Under the pieces are notes generated by a model that ran no database searches, was not told the DNA's origin, and worked only from the letters and a program-made list of their open reading frames with translations. Both the position numbers and the translations under genes were made by a program. A stretch of DNA of 60,868 nucleotides, filler included, from Trichosphaerium sp. ATCC 40318 (lineage: Eukaryota; Protista; Tubulinea), in assembly GCA_038496445.1 (NCBI GenBank). It is 3 parts of 3 records of this genome, joined end to end, with 100 filler letters (N's around TTAATTAATTAA, not from the genome) between each part and the next. Parts side by side here need not be neighbours in the genome. Positions count along the whole stretch, not along the records: positions 37,181 to 60,868 come from JALMLS010000117.1; 2 more parts are not named here. One strand, 5' to 3'. The number at the start of each line of letters is the position of its first letter. The stretch's first letter is position 1. Positions 49,701-60,093 of the stretch are shown here, one piece after another.

Positions 49701-52700
49701 TCTCTCGAACAATAATTTCAGGTGTACTAGATGTTCTTCAAAGGTATTACTGAACACTATAATGTCGTCGACGTAACAAAGACATGTCTGCCAGAGTAGG
49801 CCTGACAACATCAGGTTCATATGTTTTTGGAAAGTTGCTTGCGCATTCTTAAGACCAAAGGGCATACCAACGCACTCGAACAGACCCCACTCTGTGGCAA
49901 AGGCTGTCTTATCAGCATCGTCTGCATGCATTCGGATCTGCCAATACCCGGAGATTGCATCAAACGTACTGAAGAACTTAGCTCCAGCCAGTGCATTCAT
50001 TAGATCATTTACTCTTGGTAACGGATGTACGTCCTTTTTCGTCACCTTGTTGAGTTGTCTGAAGTCAATGCAGAATCTCCATTCTCCATTGTTCTTTTTA
50101 ACTAACACAACTGGTGAGGACCACTCTGATTTAGAGTACTTGATCTGTTTGTTCTCTAGCATCTTTTCTATTTCTGCTTTTGCGATTTCTCTTTGTTTTG
50201 GGTTCATTCTTCTGTACGGCATACTAACCGGTCTCGTGCCTTTATCAACAGGTATTCGGTGTTGTATTCCTTTAACCGCTCCTGTCTCCTTCAATGAATC
50301 GACAAATATGTGTTGGTAGCTCGCCATGAATTTGAAAGCTTGCAACTTTTGTTTTTCAGTGAGTCGGTTCCCGTTGACTTTGAATCTCTTTTGAGCTGCT
50401 TTGACATCTTCCATTGTTACATTTGCACACGCCCTTGCTATGTCTTTCTTTTGTTTATCATAGTCAAAGTTCAATGAGCATACTTCTTCTCCTACACCCA
50501 ACGCAGCAAAACTCGCAATGTTATACTTCGCTGGTATCCTCCTTTCTACATTACTCGGGTTCATGACACGCACTCTAACCATTCTTTTTCTAGCTCTGTC
50601 CACTGATCGACACAACTGTAGACCCAGGTCATTCAATAATGCCGCGTGTCCACCTTTATCTTCCAGTCTATGTGGTTCTACTATACCCACTTTTTCATTG
50701 ACTGGAATAGATAATTTGGCCACGAACGTACATTGTGAGTAAGCTGGTATCTTAACAGCGTTAGTTGTCAACACGTTAGCAAACTCTGTCCTTCTATCAT
50801 TCACTTGAATACACGTTATAGGTGTCTCATCACCCTTGTAGTTGTGTAACAACAACCGACCATAATCCAAGCACATGCCCCATCTCTTCAGCATTGTTGT
50901 TCCTAACAATATCTTGTACTTGAAGTTGTTGATGACAAAGCATGTCACAGGCATAGGCGTCTTACCGATCGCGATGGTTAACTTGATCACTCCCATCGAT
51001 GGTATTTGTTTGTTATCTGCTGTGTAAATAGGTGGTGATGTCTTAGGTATAATACTTTTAGTCAGTCCCAACCTTTTTACCAGTCTTGAATCAACAATAC
51101 ACATGGATGCTCCTGAATCCATCAACGCATTAACTCTAACACCATTTACACTCACGTGCGCCTTTGTAACTGTATAATGAAACGCTTTGTTCTCACTCAA
51201 CTCCTCACACATGTTCAAGAAATTCGCTGAAGTAGACAAGTGACATGACTGATCAACCGAGGCCTTATACCAAAAACTTTTATTATCTCTTCTACTTCTA
51301 CTCCTACTCCTGTTACGACTCCTATCACGGCTTCTCTCGCGACTCCTCTCACGTCTCCTATCACGGCTTCTGTCACGGCTCCTTTCACGGCTCCTGTCAC
51401 GCCTGTCGCGCCTGTCACGTCGGTCGCGATCATCTCTTCTATCTCGGCGATCTTCCTCATCTCTGTCGTATCCATCACCATCTTCTTCACCGTCCACATC
51501 CATCGCGTTCAGTTGTAGTCGCGTCGGACACACATCTTGAAAGTGACCAATGCCTCCACATCTGTAACATTTGATGTTGATACGTGGTCTCGGTTGGGAA
51601 GGTCTACGATATTTGTCGATTTGATCTCGACCTTCGTAGCCTCTCCTTTTACCGTAGCCACCGTATCCACCATATCTGCGACCACCACCACGTTTACCGC
51701 GACCACCACCACCGCCTTGACGTCGTTGATCACGCCACTGTGCTTGTTGAGCATTGCGGTCATAATCATCCGTACGTCTTCTCTTCGTGTCTCGCTCGTC
51801 ATCATTGTCAGAGCCGTTTCTCTTCGTTGCCACCGAGTTTAGCGTCTCTATTCTCGATTTCTCTATCGCTGCCTTCAATCGTTTGCGTTCTTCATCCTTT
51901 CTCTTCTGTTCTGTATCGCCCAACTCCTTCTTATATGTGTACCAAGATGCTATCTTGTACACTGCAGCCATAGACGTATCTTGCAGCTTTTCTTTAAGCG
52001 TATCTACAATATACTGTCTCATCTCTGTACCAACACACTTCAGAAACGCCGTTGCCTTCTCCTTGTCGGTCATCATCGCTTTATCCGCCAAACTGAGAAA
52101 GTATTCATAAAATTTGGATACATTCTGGTTTTCTCGGATACGCGTTTGAGCTACTTTCTCTTTAGCTCGCATCATGTTAACCACCGTCTGGAAGCTATCC
52201 AATAAACTATAGATCGCCAACGCGTAATTCTTGTCGAACTTCAAACTCCTGATGACTCGATGGGCTCGTCCTTTTATCCGAGAGCGTAGTACGTACACGC
52301 ATGCTTCTTGGTTGCATTTGAACGTTGTACAGTACCTTTGCATCCTCGCCAAAAATTCTTCCAACTCTCCATGATCATTGGAAAATACCTCGATGTCGGT
52401 TATCTTCTTACATCGTTGTGGTGTGCGATCTTTCTTGTACCAATCCACTCCAACCGGTTTTTCTTCGCTGTCGTAGACCAAATGCGGCATCAAGCGTAAA
52501 ACGGTGTTACGTTCTACATCATTGATATCCGTCAGTGATTCTAACCGATCTAAGCGCCTTTTCTCTTCTTTCACACTATTTAATCTTCCTGACCTTTCCG
52601 ATGATGAAGCTGAGCTACTGCTGCTCTCATCCGGTGTATCAGGTCCCTTCTCCTCCTTTTCTCTGTTATCCTTTCGATCTTTGTGTTTACCCTTTTCTGG

Positions 52701-53060
52701 CTTCTTTTCGCTTTCTTCTTTTCCCTTTCCTTCATCCGTATCACTATCCTCTTCCCCCTTCTTTTTCGGAGCTTTTGGTTTCCCTTTTAGTTTTTGTTCA
52801 CTATTTGAATCTCCCTTTCGACGTTCCTTCTTATCTTTTGCCGCTTCTATCTCTTCTAACATCTCCTTTTCAATATCATCTTGCTTTTTCTTAGGCACAT
52901 AAATTGATTTCTTCTCCTTTTTACTTCCCCGTTTAGACATGGTTCAAATCTACGCGTCTGTCGCCAAAATGTAAAGACTAAAACCGTCACGTGATATCAA
53001 CTAATTTATTCTGCTCTAAGTGAGCTCATGTACATTAAGTTACATTATTTACTCCTTACA
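46754..53060 (-). mobile_element. Full-length Ty3/Gypsy LTR retrotransposon (6307 bp)
   Basis: Identical 91-bp LTRs (46754-46844, 52970-53060; TGTAA...TTACA); 4-bp TSD CAAA; PBS TGGCGACAGACG; PPT AAAGAAAGAGGGGAG; single intact ORF. Confidence 0.98.
47010..52940 (-). CDS. Gag-Pol polyprotein (1976 aa): Gag, CCHC knuckle, PR, RT, RNase H, IN
   Basis: CYRCGGIGHFQDVC; LMDSGA; YVDDII; HVDAS/EREML/TDHKPL; HHCC; MDIVGP, TDQG, GQVERFN; WRGPY. Confidence 0.98.
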   Translation of the reverse strand: MSKRGSKKEKKSIYVPKKKQDDIEKEMLEEIEAAKDKKERRKGDSNSEQKLKGKPKAPKKKGEEDSDTDEGKGKEESEKKPEKGKHKDRKDNREKEEKGPDTPDESSSSSASSSERSGRLNSVKEEKRRLDRLESLTDINDVERNTVLRLMPHLVYDSEEKPVGVDWYKKDRTPQRCKKITDIEVFSNDHGELEEFLARMQRYCTTFKCNQEACVYVLRSRIKGRAHRVIRSLKFDKNYALAIYSLLDSFQTVVNMMRAKEKVAQTRIRENQNVSKFYEYFLSLADKAMMTDKEKATAFLKCVGTEMRQYIVDTLKEKLQDTSMAAVYKIASWYTYKKELGDTEQKRKDEERKRLKAAIEKSRIETLNSVATKRNGSDNDDERDTKRRRTDDYDRNAQQAQWRDQRRQGGGGGRGKRGGGRRYGGYGGYGKRRGYEGRDQIDKYRRPSQPRPRINIKCYRCGGIGHFQDVCPTRLQLNAMDVDGEEDGDGYDRDEEDRRDRRDDRDRRDRRDRRDRSRERSRDRSRDRRRERSRERSRDRSRNRSRSRSRRDNKSFWYKASVDQSCHLSTSANFLNMCEELSENKAFHYTVTKAHVSVNGVRVNALMDSGASMCIVDSRLVKRLGLTKSIIPKTSPPIYTADNKQIPSMGVIKLTIAIGKTPMPVTCFVINNFKYKILLGTTMLKRWGMCLDYGRLLLHNYKGDETPITCIQVNDRRTEFANVLTTNAVKIPAYSQCTFVAKLSIPVNEKVGIVEPHRLEDKGGHAALLNDLGLQLCRSVDRARKRMVRVRVMNPSNVERRIPAKYNIASFAALGVGEEVCSLNFDYDKQKKDIARACANVTMEDVKAAQKRFKVNGNRLTEKQKLQAFKFMASYQHIFVDSLKETGAVKGIQHRIPVDKGTRPVSMPYRRMNPKQREIAKAEIEKMLENKQIKYSKSEWSSPVVLVKKNNGEWRFCIDFRQLNKVTKKDVHPLPRVNDLMNALAGAKFFSTFDAISGYWQIRMHADDADKTAFATEWGLFECVGMPFGLKNAQATFQKHMNLMLSGLLWQTCLCYVDDIIVFSNTFEEHLVHLKLLFERLEEHNMKLKAKKSVLFKDQVEFLGHIVSAGGISTNPRITDAIQRAKRPTSKEEVARCLGLTGYYRKFVPKYAQIVEPINRLRNKDIKWYWGKEQQKAYEKIKDLLSSPPILKHPDFSKPFEIHVDASNVAAGATLVQRHGKREHVIAYFSKTFSKPQKNYSTIEREMLGIVLALEEFRGYLSFAKFKLIVYTDHKPLQYLQDLPNPRPMLARWLLKIQQFDFVLVYKKGVTHTDADALTRAPWAQEELNAISDDSINQYSSRRMEAVSLWHKDYSFEVDHGVKHVLNVLEKEKETEHINWSECQAKDPELTAYIQFLTKGKVPPYVMKQKNFRRDVFVTFARRLKYDMDTGVLYHVNRSRGGFGNKAPLQIVVPQALQPYVLRQCHDLPFAGHLGFVKTYAKVIQRFYWAGVYSDTKEWCRTCRSCQRGKISRLPKPGFLVNFPILEPMQLVAMDIVGPLPETRKGNKYLLVITDHFTKWVDAYAIPRHKAVDVAPIFVKEFCFRYGIPNRVLTDQGGDFTGDLMKEVFKILRIEGSRTAAFHPQTDGQVERFNHTLVEILRAFVNEKQNDWDYWVPYALYAYRTAVHHATGYAPYAMMFGREPRLPIDMISNEIIEIEDKYNMGNWAEVLAHRLRYAYQIAREHILKAKKQQAKYYNERTRHVNFKPGQLVYVFVPQVKVGQKQKLAKRWRGPYEILELMGANTALINLPEASRMSRVINFRRLKPYIDSFLRPEGAPDKDEVMRKFEGREVEFHDQDRSENFVDEEERVLRESGDEITATKELTKQIRRATQEDKESREPVKDSRRGYEHRIDILLELLRDVLQSARIVTKDDNKSIVKSLIDKGSPYMRSSSTQKELLSQMSKCNTNGSFIKWLQRIIKEEKEVFKRERRLRD

Positions 53061-54269
53061 CAAACGTGGTCACTTGAAGTTACGACTAAGATGTTTGGCA
53101 AATTAATAAAACGTCATATCGCGCTGAATAGGTATTCGTACTTGTGTTACCGTGGGTAGGTGTGGCAAGAGCAAAAAACAAAAAGGCAGTACAGAAATAA
53201 CGCAAAGTCATTTACTATACCAGGAATAAGCATTATTGGGCGTAATGAAGCGTTTTTTAGAAGGTAAATTTCGTTTTTAAAACGCACGTGATGCTTTCCA
53301 AAACTATTATCAAAATTACAATGTGTAACATGTTCTCATTAGTTTTTGTCGAACCTCTCATTTGCTTTTAACTGCCCACAGAGTCTTTATCAATCATTTT
53401 GACGCGATATATTTAGCGGATAAATTATACCACGCTTTTGTGTACCAAAAGTAAAGTATTTGAACGTGAACAATCCGTACGTCAAAAGAACGTCACTGGT
53501 TGAAAATTACAGATATCAAACAATAAAATGTGAGCTTATTTGAACTGGGAAACAGTTAGCCAAATTTCGTAAGCATTCCAAACAAGCTTACCAGCTTTAA
53601 AACGTACTGTTAAATGACGACATAGAGTGTGAAAGCGTAAAATTATGTTGTAGGCGTGAAATAAATTATTTACTGAAAAAGTGTTGCCTTAAAAGGAAAG
53701 TATCAGCATATGCTCCTTGAGCACTTGGTCATGATGCCTCAGTCTCGCCAACCGTATAAAAAGCTCCGTTTATATGGGAACAGAAGTTACATACATTGTA
53801 CAACAGTTTTAGGCTGAAAAAGTAGATTGCTATCTAAAAATCAAGCAACAATGCTCTAGACGCCGTTGCTTGCGCGTAAAGAATGTTTATGTAGGTGTCT
53901 ACAAAACGCTGTTTAAAACAAAACGGCAATAAAAAGGTAAAACTCACTAGGTTCCCTCAATTATATTCTACCACACATATTTAAACCCTATTCTTTATGT
54001 TACAGCTATTCGTTGTTTGGACCGCATTCGTCTTAGCCTTTAATGTGTGTTTTTTCGAAAAAATTCCACGTGTAGAAAACTCATGTGCTGTAACAAAAAG
54101 AGGTCATGCACATAACCAAGCATGCTTGTACTTAAATAGCCAAAAATGATCATTGGTTTTTTTTTAAATCACGTGGGTTACTTTCAAGCTTATTCAATAG
54201 TAAACTAAAATGTTACGGACTATACAGCGTCTAAGGCCACACAAAACCACTACTAGATGTTATTGTTCT

Positions 54270-55559
54270 ATGTACGAAGCCACAGAAGGGTTCAATGTGG
54301 ATAGTAACAGGTTCCAAGCGAAATTTCTGAACAACTCTAAATCGGTTAAAAAAATATAGATACGAGCGTGGAAGGCCTTCTTATCGGCAAGATGTAGTTG
54401 ATAGCGTTATTAAAACGCTTTCACTTGACAATACCAAGACGGTTATTGAAATAGGCGCTGGAACGGGCATTTTCACACGTTCGTTGGGTAACTAAGGTAT
54501 GGAACTCTAAATCGCTATTAACGGGTTTTTAAGTTCCTTCGAACGCTAAAATAATCGCTGTTGAGCCTGTAGAAGGTACCTTACCAAGGATCCATTAATA
54601 CTAATTAATAATAGCTATGAGAACTCACCTAAAGAAGTCGATACCAGGTATCAGTTTCTTTTTCGTACATGTGATTTTTGTTAAACTTCGTGCAGATATT
54701 GAAGTACACAATGGTAGAGGAGATAGCATACCTGTAGAAGATGGAGTTGCGGATGGTATTGTAATAGCACAAGCATTCCACTGGTACTATTTGAGCTGGC
54801 TATCGCCTTCCAACAGAATTTAGGATGGCAACGAATGACACACTTAAAGAACTATCACGAGTTCTAAAGCCGAAAGGTAAAGTAACAAATAACAATAGCA
54901 TCACTGACAATAATGTAATAGGCAAGGTGGTATTGGTTTGGAATGCAATGGACCAATCATTTCCATGGGTTAGCATGGTTCGGTTAATTTATTAATAATA
55001 ACTTGAGGTAGGTTAAAGAATTATGCGATTTGTTGCTTCCTTATAGAGGTGACACCCCTCAATACTGGTACATGTTTTATTGAGTAGTGTTTCATGTTAA
55101 AAATCACAAATCACGTGTTTTTCTATCCAAGACAAAAAATCCTCAAAAAAACTAAAGCTACTCTTCCTTTGTGTTGCTCACTTTTTAAGGCTCGGTTGGT
55201 GGAAGAAATGTTTTGATTCTCAAGATATGTTTTCAATGCCATTGAAACACGAACTTTTTAAAGGTGTAAAACAACAAGCCAGCTCGGTATCAGGTGCATT
55301 TAAAATATACTAAACCCAAAAAAAAAGTAATGTTTGGAGTGTTTAGTGATTGAGGATCGTATACTTAGCATCAGTTATATGTCTAAGCTTGAAAGAGAAG
55401 TGCAAGAAGAAGTTAGATCAAAAGTAAGACAAATAACAAATGAGAGAAACGAGAACAAAGATGGATTGGTTAGCAATTTTAATGTTTTGGTTTTAATTAA
55501 GCTCGTTCTAGTACATTCCATACTACACTGACGTGTTTGCTACTTCAAAATTACAGTAG
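54270..55559 (+). CDS. Class I SAM-dependent methyltransferase (multi-exon)
   Basis: YERGRPSY; IEIGAGTGIFT; AVEPVEAM; IAQAFHW; RVLKPKG. Confidence 0.9.
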
Positions 55560-55870
55560 AAAATACAAAAAGCATAGAACGTTGATGTGACTCAAACAAA
55601 TAAACTTGTTATGGCTACACTTAAGAACGCCGCTTGCAGTACCATTTTTACGCAGTTTGACTTTAGGTCCATTTCACCACACCCACAACTCTTTGCCTAT
55701 CAACCGAATCAGTGCCTTTGTGATAACATATCAGATGTTCCTGTCATGGCTTTGTGTCAGTGTTACATAATAAGGTTTTTGTAAATTCAAAAACAAGTAG
55801 CTAATTCGGAAATATTGATAGAATGAACCATTGACATCTTTTTACTCCTTGAAATGTTGATGTATTTTTA

Positions 55871-57373
55871 TTAGTTCACAAACTTAACACTTCCCTTGTA
55901 CGTGTTACAATCGAACTGTACAGTAGCTTTACTCCATTTTCTAACAAAAATACCACTATCTTTCTCAGTTTCATGACAAACTTCCGTAGGTGTTCCATAA
56001 TCAAGCTTCAATTCGTCTGGGAACGCATAAGGGTTACCCGCTGCGCCAGGTGGCTCTGATCCAGTAGAACATCCTTGCCATCCGTACCCAAGCCAAGCAT
56101 AAGGACCTCTTACCAACAAAAAGCCGGCCACATCTTCTTCTAATTGAGGTAGATAAGATACATTCCTGTTCGGCATCAAGGTGAACTAAAACAAGTTACT
56201 TTTATGTCAGGTTTGAGTATGGTACTTACTAAGTAGTAGATTGCGTTTGTGTACACATGAGAATCACTACTACATTCAGCTCTGAAGGTAGCTGCACATT
56301 TTTCTTTTGTAGGTGTTGAAAAATGGCTGAATTGTTGCCAGCTCCAGCCGTTATTTGAAGCAATTGCTTCATAAACTTTAGCAACATTCGATTGCCAATT
56401 GGTGTAAATGTCAATCAGGTCCTTTTGATCTAGTCCCATGTCAAGTACGCAATAGTAATCCTCTTCGGTGGCACCGCCTAGCATTCAATGAGAACTTACA
56501 AAGAAATGGTAGCCAGAAAGAAAGAACTTTTTGAATAAACAACAACGTCGTGCCGTATTTGAAATTGTCACATTGATGACGGGTGTTAATGGAGGGTGAA
56601 TCAGTCCAGCGATCATCTAGAAAGAGCCCAGATATGTGCTCATTACCGAGAGCTTTTGAGAAATGTTACATCCAACAGGAAAAAAAAAAAAAAAGACTTT
56701 TCTTGCCTGTTTTGCCAAGAATCACGTGATTTACCAAATAATCCGTTAACGTCGTGTTACGATGATCCCAAAGATATTCACCACATGGAACACCGCCACA
56801 ATCGCATGGATCAATACAGGACCCTTCACCGTGAGGATGGTGGGGTGATTGTTCTTGATCGTGATAAAATTCGGTACATAGTGGCGGATTGTAATTATCG
56901 TCGCACTGAGGCACGTGATAGTTATTTTTACCAGAGAATTTAAGAAACCATCCTTCGTAAGCTTTATTTGATATTTTACTATTAACGTTGGTATACCATG
57001 GGAGAGCTGGGAGGCGTGTAAGTTAAAAGACGTTGAAAGCAAGTCAGTCGGTACCTTTCACGAGATTTCTGTAAACAAAAACTTTCGTTTTAGGGTTTAT
57101 TGCCTTCACACGAGCCGCTTGTTCTACCAATAGCTCTTCACATGTCATAGGCTTTCCGTTAACCCATAGGTTTTTCGCATTACTCCAGTCAAAATCAGCT
57201 ATACCGAATTGAGCTGCGAATTTCGCATCAAAGAAGCCAGAAGTATTACAAGGCATAAAGATAGTTGACATTTGCATATCATACGTTGGCTCCCAACTGG
57301 GTACACTACCGCAGTAGCAGCATGCGATATACATTGCCAGTAAAAGACAAGCTTTACTTATAATGTCGTTCAT
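55871..57373 (-). CDS. Secreted protein, putative glycoside-hydrolase-like (GHL15-type) TIM barrel
   Basis: Signal peptide; DFDWSNAK; VKAINPKTKVFVYRN; FLLVRGPYAWLGYGW; FVRKWSKATVQFDC. Family assignment from memory of motifs only. Confidence 0.65.
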
Positions 57374-58557
57374 GTCACTTTGAAATGTATGTTACTATTT
57401 CTTTGTGCACTTTTAACTCTGTAGACTTTTCAGCATTGCTCGCTTTATTCCTCGAGAAATCTGTGCAGTACTTAGACAAGAACCGCCGTTGTAATCTTGA
57501 CACGTGATAAGCTTATTCCGACCTTGCGGAGAAAACAAAACTACAAAGATGGCTTGTGTCTAAATGCACGAAATGAAGACAACATCCCTCTGTATAAGCG
57601 TATCTTTGATCATACTAATGTGTTTGTCAAATACTTTAATCCGAATCAGAAAATCTCACCTGAGCTCTGGCTTAGCGATACTGGGTTTTAACAAAAGAGA
57701 CTACACCTACACACACGAACTATCACATGAAGATGTCATTCTATAACCAACACGCGTTCACACATGAAAGTGAGCGCTACAAGGCAATGGTTCTTGGATC
57801 CGTTTTGGCTATGTGTCACATACATAGCCACTGCTCTCCAAGTAACACAATAAAACGCTACAGTGAAAATATTAAACCGTAGGAAAGCGAAGAAATGGCC
57901 CACATGACACCAGATAGATATATAAAAAATACCTAATTGGCCGAAAAATTATTTTAGTTAGGCTGTACCAACAAATAGCAGATTTGGTGCCCCCCCAGCC
58001 GTTGGTCTTACGGGTGCATAGTGGGTACCTTTGTATCGTTGTCATTTAATACGCTGACACTAGTAAAGTTAATGACATTGCTGGAATATATGCACAGCTT
58101 GATCTTATGAAACAAAATATCGGCAACTTTACACATCTATTTTTATAAGACTTAGTAACATGTCTTACTTTGTTCTATCAAGGTGTTTGGTATATTGCTT
58201 ATGCAATAGTAGCATAATTCAACAATGGGTTAAAAAGGTATTTTGGGTAAACCTGGTATACAAAAAGGGCTCCAAACACACCACCGATTTCGCTAAGAGT
58301 AGTGAATCCGATATGTGAAAAAACATTGAAAGTGTCACGTGATTGTGAGGTAGGTGACTCATATTTTTATTTGCTATAAGGCAGAAAGATTATTTGACGT
58401 CAACCCCTGGTATTGCCTGGCAATACATTTTAAAATAAAAGTAAAATCTTTTGGTATTCTTGTTACAACTAAAGCATGCGAGGCTCAACTACTTTTAACA
58501 TATTTATTCGTTACATCAACTAAAACAAACTAGCTATGTTGTGTCATGTGATAATGT

Positions 58558-59005
58558 CTACCTCCATTCAACTGGACGTTCTACACATGTAATAATACCC
58601 AAAGACTCAATACCTTCACGTGTTATCTTACAATACTCACCAATCTCAACAACCTTGAGTGACTTCATATGCTTCAAACATTCATCCGTAATACGCATAT
58701 AATGTGATACATGTAATTCTTCAAGGTTAACTAGTTTCTTCATACCTTCATCAGTAATTTTGTCGCACATACAAAGTATAAGCTTCTTGACATCAGGGTA
58801 ATATTATGTACACCTTTGAGTGCTGCTATACCTCTAACTGTGATGCGATGACAGCCCTCAATGTCTATTGTGTGTACATCTTTTAGCTCTTTCAAGCCGA
58901 CATCAGTTATTTTCTTACAACAACATAACCGAATCGTATGAACGCTTCGTAGTGACTTTCATGTAACATCTGATATATCTGCGCCACTAAGCCTTAGCTT
59001 ATGAG
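58558..59005 (-). pseudogene. 5'-truncated intronless LRR gene
   Basis: VHTIRLCCCKKITDVGLKELKDVHTIDIEGC and ITDEGMKKL repeats with frameshifts; 58090-58790 is paralogous to 42240-42940. Confidence 0.75.
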
Positions 59006-59014
59006 AGTGTTAAC

Positions 59015-60093
59015 GTGTACGAAAAAGAAACTGATACCTGGTATCGACTTCTTAGGTGAGTTATCATAGCTATTATTAATTAATAGTGGATCGTTGGAAA
59101 AACCCGTTAGTAGCGATTTAGAGTTCCATACCTCTAGTTACCCAACGAACGCGTGAAAATGCCCGTTCCAGCGCCAATTTCAATAACTGTCAACTCTTTT
59201 TGTTACAGTACACGAGTTTTCTACACGTGGAATTTTTTCGAAAAAACACACATATAATTAAAGCTTAGGGCGAATGCGTCCAAACAACCAATAGCTGTAA
59301 CATAAAGAATAGGGTTTAAATATGCGTGGTAGAATATAATTGAGGGAGCCTAGTGAGTTTTACCTTTTTATTGCCGTTTTGTTTTAAACAGCGTTTTGTA
59401 GACACCTACACACTCTTTACGCGCAAGCAACGGCGTCTAGAGTATTGTTGCTTGATTTTAGATAGCAATCTACTTTTTCAGCCTAAAACTGTTGTACAAT
59501 GTATGTAACTTCTGTACCTATATAAACGGAGCTTTTTATACGGTTGGCGAGACTGAGGCATCATGAGCAAGCTCAAGGAGCATATATGCTGATACTTTCC
59601 TTTTAAGGTCCACATTTTATTGTGAGTGATCTGTGTAATGTTCAACCAGTGACGTTCTTTTGACGTACGGATTGTTCACGTTCAAATACTTTACTTTTGG
59701 TACACAAAAGCGTGTTATAATTTATCCGCTAAATATATCGCGTCAAAATGATTGATAAAGCTCTGTGGGCAGTTAAAAGCAAATGAGAGGTTCGACAAAA
59801 ACTAATGAGAACATATTACACATTGTAATTTTGATAATAGTTTGGAAAGCATCACGTGCGTTTCAAAAAGAAATTTACCTTGTAAAATTCATTACGCCCG
59901 ATAATGCTTATTCTTGCTGTAGTAAATGATTTTGCGTTATTTCTGTACTGCCTTTTTGTTTTTTGCTCTTGCCGCACCTACCCACGGTAACACAAGTACG
60001 AATATTATTCTACGCGATAGTGCGATTGCGATATGACGCGACAAGGTTTGTTAATTTTTATGTCTTAGTTGTAACTTCAAGTGACCACGTTTG
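59015..60093. repeat. Older, deleted inverted duplicate of 53061-54668 (includes methyltransferase 5' fragments)
   Basis: Alignable reverse complement with many SNPs and internal deletions. Confidence 0.9.

Noticed and set aside
47185-52902. Antisense and alternate-frame ORFs within Gag-Pol
   Set aside because: Shadows of a long, compositionally biased ORF with no independent motifs.
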